Shown here piece by piece: positions 59,298-64,000 of a stretch of 64,000 nt of DNA (its first letter is position 1; every line of letters begins with the position of its first letter). Under the pieces are notes generated by a model. That model searched no databases, was not told the DNA's origin, and worked only from the letters and a program-made list of their open reading frames with translations. This DNA comes from Alphaproteobacteria bacterium (GTDB lineage Bacteria > Pseudomonadota > Alphaproteobacteria > MPNO01), in contig CBDFLJ010000001.1 of assembly GCA_965248835.1 (NCBI GenBank), forward strand, positions 960,001 through 1,024,000, given 5' to 3'. Both the position numbers and the translations under genes were made by a program.

Positions 59298-59821
59298 AGG
59301 AACGCATGGTCGTCGCGGCGGCAGATATCACCACCCTCGCCGTCGATGCGATCGTGAACGCCGCCAATGAGGGGCTGCGCGGCGGCGGCGGGGTCGACGG
59401 CGCGATCCACCGCGCGGCCGGGCCGGAGCTGATCGCGGCCTGCCGCGCGCTCGGCGGTTGCGCCACCGGCAGCGCCAAGATCACCCCCGGCTTCGCGCTG
59501 CCCGCGAAGTGGGTGATCCATGCCGTCGGGCCGGTGTGGCAGGGCGGCGGCACCGGCGAGGACGATCTGCTGGCCGGCTGCTATCGCACCGCGATGGGCT
59601 TGGCCGCCCGGAACGGCTGCACCAGCATCGCCTTCCCGGCGATCAGCACCGGCATCTACCGGTTTCCGGCGGACCGGGCGGCCGGCATCGCGGTCCGCAC
59701 GGTCGCCGACGTCCTCGCCGGATCCTCGCCGATCGAGCAGGTGGTGTTCGCCTGCTTCGGCGCCGCCTCGGCGGCCGCGCATCGGCAAGCGCTCGACGCC
59801 ATCGGCGCTTCCCGCGCGTAG
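59294..59821 (+). CDS. Macro-domain O-acetyl-ADP-ribose deacetylase (YmdB-like)
   Basis: DIT, AIVNAAN, GGGGVDGAIH, VIHAVGP, FPAISTGIY. Confidence 0.92.
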   Translation: MKERMVVAAADITTLAVDAIVNAANEGLRGGGGVDGAIHRAAGPELIAACRALGGCATGSAKITPGFALPAKWVIHAVGPVWQGGGTGEDDLLAGCYRTAMGLAARNGCTSIAFPAISTGIYRFPADRAAGIAVRTVADVLAGSSPIEQVVFACFGAASAAAHRQALDAIGASRA

Positions 59822-59897
59822 CCGGCCGGGCGCGCGATACGGATGCCGGCTTGGTTTCCTCCGCCACACGCCCGCTCGGGACACGCCGCCGTTCGAA

Positions 59898-61313
59898 CTA
59901 GGCCAACCCGTCGTCGTCCTGGTCGGCACCGGGTTCGGCGGCCGGCAGGCTGACCCGGAAGGTGCTGCCGGCGCCGGGCGTGCTTTCGATATTCAGCCGG
60001 CCGCGGTGACGGCCGATGATGTGCTTGACGATGGCGAGCCCGAGGCCGGTGCCGCCGAGTTCGCGCGAGCGCGCGGTGTCGACCCGGTAGAACCGCTCGG
60101 TCAGCCGGCCCAGGTGCTCCGCAGCGATCCCCTCGCCCTCGTCGCTAATGGCCACGACCATGGCCTCGGCGCCGTCAAGCCGGCCCGGCGCGACCGTCAC
60201 CCCGACCTTGGATCCCTCGCGGCCATACTTGATCGCATTGTCGATCAGGTTCTGGAAGAGCTGGATCAGCTCGTCCCGGTCGCCGATGACCGCGCCGACG
60301 CCGCGCGCGCCGTCGATCTCGATGGTCATGCCGCGCGAGCGGGCGGCGAATTGCAGCGCGTCGCGCACATTGTCGAGCACCGCGGGCAGAGCGACGGCGG
60401 CCGAATGGGCCTGGTGCTCGTTGAGCTCGATCTTCGACAGGGACAAGAGGTCGGCGACCAGCCTGGCCATCCGCTCGGCCTGCTCCTCCATCATCTCCAG
60501 GAACCGCTTCTGGGCCTCGATGTCTTCACGGGCCGGACCACGCAGGGTCTGGATGCAGCCCAGCAGCACCGACAGCGGCGTGCGCAGCTCGTGGCTCGCA
60601 TTGGCGATGAAATCCGAGCGCGCGCGCTCGATCCGCCGGGTGTCGGTGACGTTGGAGACCTCGATCACCGCGCGCGTGCCGTCGGGCGCGGCCTCGGCGA
60701 GGCCGACGATGCGGGCCGACAGCGCCACGTCCGACGCCGGTCCGCCGATAAAATCGATCTCCTCGGTCCGGCCGGTGCCGATGACCCGCTCGGCCGCCTC
60801 GAGGATGCCGGGATCGCGCAGCACGCTGGCCAGGTCGCTGCCCACCGGATTGCTCCCGAAATCGGTGTCGATACCGCTTGCCGCGCGCACGATCCGCCGC
60901 TCGCCGTCGATCGCGATCACCGGGTTGGGCAGGTGCTCGACCAGGCTCTCCAGGGAGCGGTGGCGGACCAGGAGCTGGTGGTGTTGGCGGTACAGGCGGG
61001 TCGCCGCGTCGGTCAAGGCGGCCGCGATCGGCCGGGTGATCAAGGGCGAATCGATGTGCAGCCGCCCGGGCTCGGCGCGCGCGACAACCTCGTCGTTCAT
61101 GTCGTTGAGCCCGTCGGCCAGCCTGGCGAGCGCGTGGAAATGGTGCCGGATCGGCCACCACAGCGGGACGATGATCGCCAGCGCACCCAGCAGGCCCGCT
61201 TCGGGCGCGAGCAGCCCGGTGACCACCAGGACGAACAGGACCGCGAATCCGGGCCACGCGACGGCTGCGATGCCGAAGAAAATCAACCGTGCCGGAACCA
61301 GTCGGTGGGCCAT
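59898..61313 (-). CDS. phoR: PhoR-like sensor histidine kinase
   Basis: [55 protein letters not shown]. Confidence 0.8.
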   Translation of the reverse strand: MAHRLVPARLIFFGIAAVAWPGFAVLFVLVVTGLLAPEAGLLGALAIIVPLWWPIRHHFHALARLADGLNDMNDEVVARAEPGRLHIDSPLITRPIAAALTDAATRLYRQHHQLLVRHRSLESLVEHLPNPVIAIDGERRIVRAASGIDTDFGSNPVGSDLASVLRDPGILEAAERVIGTGRTEEIDFIGGPASDVALSARIVGLAEAAPDGTRAVIEVSNVTDTRRIERARSDFIANASHELRTPLSVLLGCIQTLRGPAREDIEAQKRFLEMMEEQAERMARLVADLLSLSKIELNEHQAHSAAVALPAVLDNVRDALQFAARSRGMTIEIDGARGVGAVIGDRDELIQLFQNLIDNAIKYGREGSKVGVTVAPGRLDGAEAMVVAISDEGEGIAAEHLGRLTERFYRVDTARSRELGGTGLGLAIVKHIIGRHRGRLNIESTPGAGSTFRVSLPAAEPGADQDDDGLA

Positions 61314-61425
61314 CGTCCCGTCATCGCCCTCGGAAAATCCGGCGCGCGGCGAGACTATCAACTCGCCGCGGCGGCGCCAACCGCCGGTGCTGGCTGGCGC
61401 GGCCGGCGCCGTGCTACCGTGGGCC

Positions 61426-64000
61426 ATGCCCACCCGCCCCGCCGAGCGCCCGGGCACGCCCGCGCCGACGCCGATGATGATGCAATACCGGGCCGCCAAG
61501 GAGGCCAGCCCGGGCTGTCTGCTGTTCTTCCGGATGGGGGATTTTTACGAGCTGTTCTTCGAGGATGCGGTCGCCGCCGCGGCGGCGCTCGACATCACGC
61601 TTACCCGACGGGGCCGCCACCAGGGCGAGGATATCCCGATGTGCGGCGTGCCGGTTCACGCCGCGGACGGATACTTGCAGCGCCTGATCCGCAAGGGTTT
61701 CCGGGTCGCGGTCTGCGAACAGACCGAGGATCCGGCCGAATCCCGCAAGCGCGGCAAAACACTCGTCTCGCGCGAGATCGTCCGGGTCATCACCCCCGGC
61801 ACCCTCACCGAAGAGACGCTGCTCGATGCCCGCAGCCACAACTATCTGGCCGGCCTTGCCGAGGCCGAGGGCGCGTTGGGGCTTGCCTGGCTCGACGTCT
61901 CCACCGGTGAGTTCCAAAGCCAGGAGATTGCCGAGGCAGCGCTGCCCGAAGCCCTGGCCCGCATCGACCCGGGCGAGTTGATCCTGTCCGACCGCCTGCT
62001 TGCCCGGACGGCGGTCGGCCAGGCGCTGTCGGGCTGGAACGGGATGCCGACGCCGCGGCCGGCCGGCCGGTTCGACAGCGAATCGGCGCGCCGCCGGCTG
62101 CAGGATCACTATGGCGTACGGTCGTTGGACGGCTTCGGGGCCTTTACCCGGGCCGAGATCGCGGCCTGCGGGGCGGTGCTCGACTATGTCGCGCTGACCC
62201 AGCAGGGCCGGATGCCGCGGCTCGACCCGCCGACCCGGCTTACGGCCGGCGCGCGGATGGAGATCGACGCGGCGAGCCGGCGCAACCTGGAGATCGACCG
62301 CTCGATCTCGGGCGAGCGCGGCGGGTCTCTGCTCGGCGTGATCGACCTCACCGTGACCGGGGCGGGAGCGCGTGCGCTGGCGGCGCGGATCGCAGCACCG
62401 CTGACCGGGACCGATCAAATCCGCGACCGCCAGGACGCGCTGGACTTCCTGCGCCGGGACGCCGGCCTGCGCGGGGCGGTCCGCGAGCGGCTCGGCCGCT
62501 GCCCGGATCTCGCGCGGTCGCTCAGCCGGCTGACGCTGGGCCGCGGCGGTCCGCGCGACCTGGCGGCGGTCCGCGATGCGCTGGCGTGCTGCGAAGACCT
62601 GGCCGGGCTCCTTGGTGCGGCCGAAGCGCCGCTGGCGCGCGACCTGGCGGCCGCTTCCGCTTGCCTGTCAGGCCATGCGGATCTGTTCGACGGGCTGTCC
62701 GGGGCGCTGGGCGAGGATCTGCCGTTGCTCGCCCGCGACGGCGGGTTCGTTGCTAAAGGTTACGACGCCGCGCTCGATGAGCTGCGCGCGCTGCGCGACG
62801 ACAGCCGCCGGCTGATCGCCGACCTCCAGGCGCGCTATGCCGCGGAGACCGGGATCGCCTCGCTCAAGGTCCGCCACAACAACGTGGTCGGCTATTTCGT
62901 CGAGGTGACCGCGGCCAATGCCGCACGCATTCCCGAGGATGGACGGTTCATCCACCGCCAGACCATGGTCAATGCCAAGCGCTTCACCACCGTCGAGCTC
63001 GCCGACCTGGAGGAGCGCCTGGCCACCGCATCGGACAAGGCCTTGGAGCGCGAGCTCGAGATCTTCGATGCGTTGAGCTTGTCGGTCGTCGCCGCGGCCG
63101 AGCCGGTCGCCGCGGCCGCTTCCGCCCTGGGCGAGATCGATGTCGCCGCCGCACTTGCCGAGCTTGCCGTCGAGCGCCGCTATGTCCGTCCGCTGGTCGA
63201 CGATAGCGCTGCCTTCGAAATCGTCGGCGGGCGTCATCCGGTGGTCGAGGTGTTCCTCGAGCGCGACGGTGCGGCCCAGTTCGTCCCCAATGACTGCGAT
63301 CTGCGGGCCGACCAGAGGCTCTGGCTGGTGACGGGGCCGAACATGGCCGGGAAATCGACGTTCCTGCGCCAGAACGCGCTGATCGCCATCCTGGCGCAGA
63401 TCGGCGCCTTCGTCCCGGCCGACAGCGCCCATATCGGCGTCGTAGACCGCCTGTTTTCCCGGGTCGGCGCGTCCGACGACCTGGCGCGCGGACGGTCGAC
63501 CTTCATGGTCGAGATGGTCGAGACCGCGGCGATCCTCAACCGCGCGGGGCCGCGCTCGCTGGTGATCCTCGACGAGATCGGCCGCGGCACGGCGACCTTC
63601 GACGGGCTGTCGATCGCCTGGGCGACGCTGGAGCACCTGCACGAGATCAATAGCGCCCGCGCCCTGTTTGCCACCCATTTCCACGAGCTGACCGCGCTGA
63701 CCGGCCGGCTCGACGCGCTGCGATGCGCAACGATGCGGGTCAAGGAATGGGGTCAGGAGATCGTTTTTCTCCACGAAGTCGTTGCCGGCGCCGCCAACCA
63801 GTCCTACGGGATCCACGTCGCGCGGCTTGCAGGCCTGCCGGGCCAGGCGCTCGACCGCGCCGAGGAGGTGCTGGAGACCCTGGAGAAAGGCGAACAGTCG
63901 GGCGCGCTCGCCAGGCTTGCCGACGACCTGCCGCTGTTCGCCGCCGCACCGCCGCCCGCACCGCCCAGCCCTTCGCTTGCCGAGACGATGCTGGCCGGGA
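61426..64000 (+). CDS. mutS: DNA mismatch repair protein MutS (3'-partial; missing from the ORF track because there is no stop in the window)
   Basis: [67 protein letters not shown]. Confidence 0.97.
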   Translation, partial: MPTRPAERPGTPAPTPMMMQYRAAKEASPGCLLFFRMGDFYELFFEDAVAAAAALDITLTRRGRHQGEDIPMCGVPVHAADGYLQRLIRKGFRVAVCEQTEDPAESRKRGKTLVSREIVRVITPGTLTEETLLDARSHNYLAGLAEAEGALGLAWLDVSTGEFQSQEIAEAALPEALARIDPGELILSDRLLARTAVGQALSGWNGMPTPRPAGRFDSESARRRLQDHYGVRSLDGFGAFTRAEIAACGAVLDYVALTQQGRMPRLDPPTRLTAGARMEIDAASRRNLEIDRSISGERGGSLLGVIDLTVTGAGARALAARIAAPLTGTDQIRDRQDALDFLRRDAGLRGAVRERLGRCPDLARSLSRLTLGRGGPRDLAAVRDALACCEDLAGLLGAAEAPLARDLAAASACLSGHADLFDGLSGALGEDLPLLARDGGFVAKGYDAALDELRALRDDSRRLIADLQARYAAETGIASLKVRHNNVVGYFVEVTAANAARIPEDGRFIHRQTMVNAKRFTTVELADLEERLATASDKALERELEIFDALSLSVVAAAEPVAAAASALGEIDVAAALAELAVERRYVRPLVDDSAAFEIVGGRHPVVEVFLERDGAAQFVPNDCDLRADQRLWLVTGPNMAGKSTFLRQNALIAILAQIGAFVPADSAHIGVVDRLFSRVGASDDLARGRSTFMVEMVETAAILNRAGPRSLVILDEIGRGTATFDGLSIAWATLEHLHEINSARALFATHFHELTALTGRLDALRCATMRVKEWGQEIVFLHEVVAGAANQSYGIHVARLAGLPGQALDRAEEVLETLEKGEQSGALARLADDLPLFAAAPPPAPPSPSLAETMLAG

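Noticed and set aside
656-63961. Many long overlapping Arg/Ala/Gly/Pro-rich ORFs (e.g. 5700-7742, 15578-17689, 59520-61910, 62668-63816)
   Set aside because: Expected shadow ORFs in high-GC DNA, lying opposite or out of frame to genes with clear family motifs

Overview
High-GC window, most likely from an alphaproteobacterium (inferred from gene content and order; a host- or sponge-associated lifestyle is suggested but not shown). Positions 1-34 kb and 46.5-51 kb hold a dense, almost regulator-free set of catabolic genes: an MBL hydrolase, an HpxW-like GGT, an acyl-CoA dehydrogenase, CoA ligases, an LLM monooxygenase, alpha/beta hydrolases, three 2OG-Fe(II) oxygenases, hydantoinase/oxoprolinase subunits, six cupins, an amidase, a LigB-like dioxygenase and a VapBC pair. 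Positions 34-46.4 kb are an accessory stretch bounded by a degenerate tRNA-fMet 3' fragment and an intact tRNA-Arg(CCT). It contains an orphan ABC binding protein, a TRAP transporter, a frameshifted autotransporter, an outer-membrane beta-barrel, a decayed IS66 and prophage remnants (terminase, integrase). Positions 51-64 kb are core genes (ada-like, nth, bactofilin, PfkB kinase, typA, ampG, macro domain, phoR-like, partial mutS). The most unusual items are: (1) a secreted cytochrome P460-like protein with 22 [N/K]PC Cys tripeptides; (2) a tandem nitrile-hydratase-leader (NHLP-like) protein translationally coupled to an unannotated 51-aa peptide, with no RiPP enzymes nearby; (3) an apparently split bicupin paired with an atypical LigB; (4) several deletion scars. 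All calls come from motif recognition by eye; no database searches were run.
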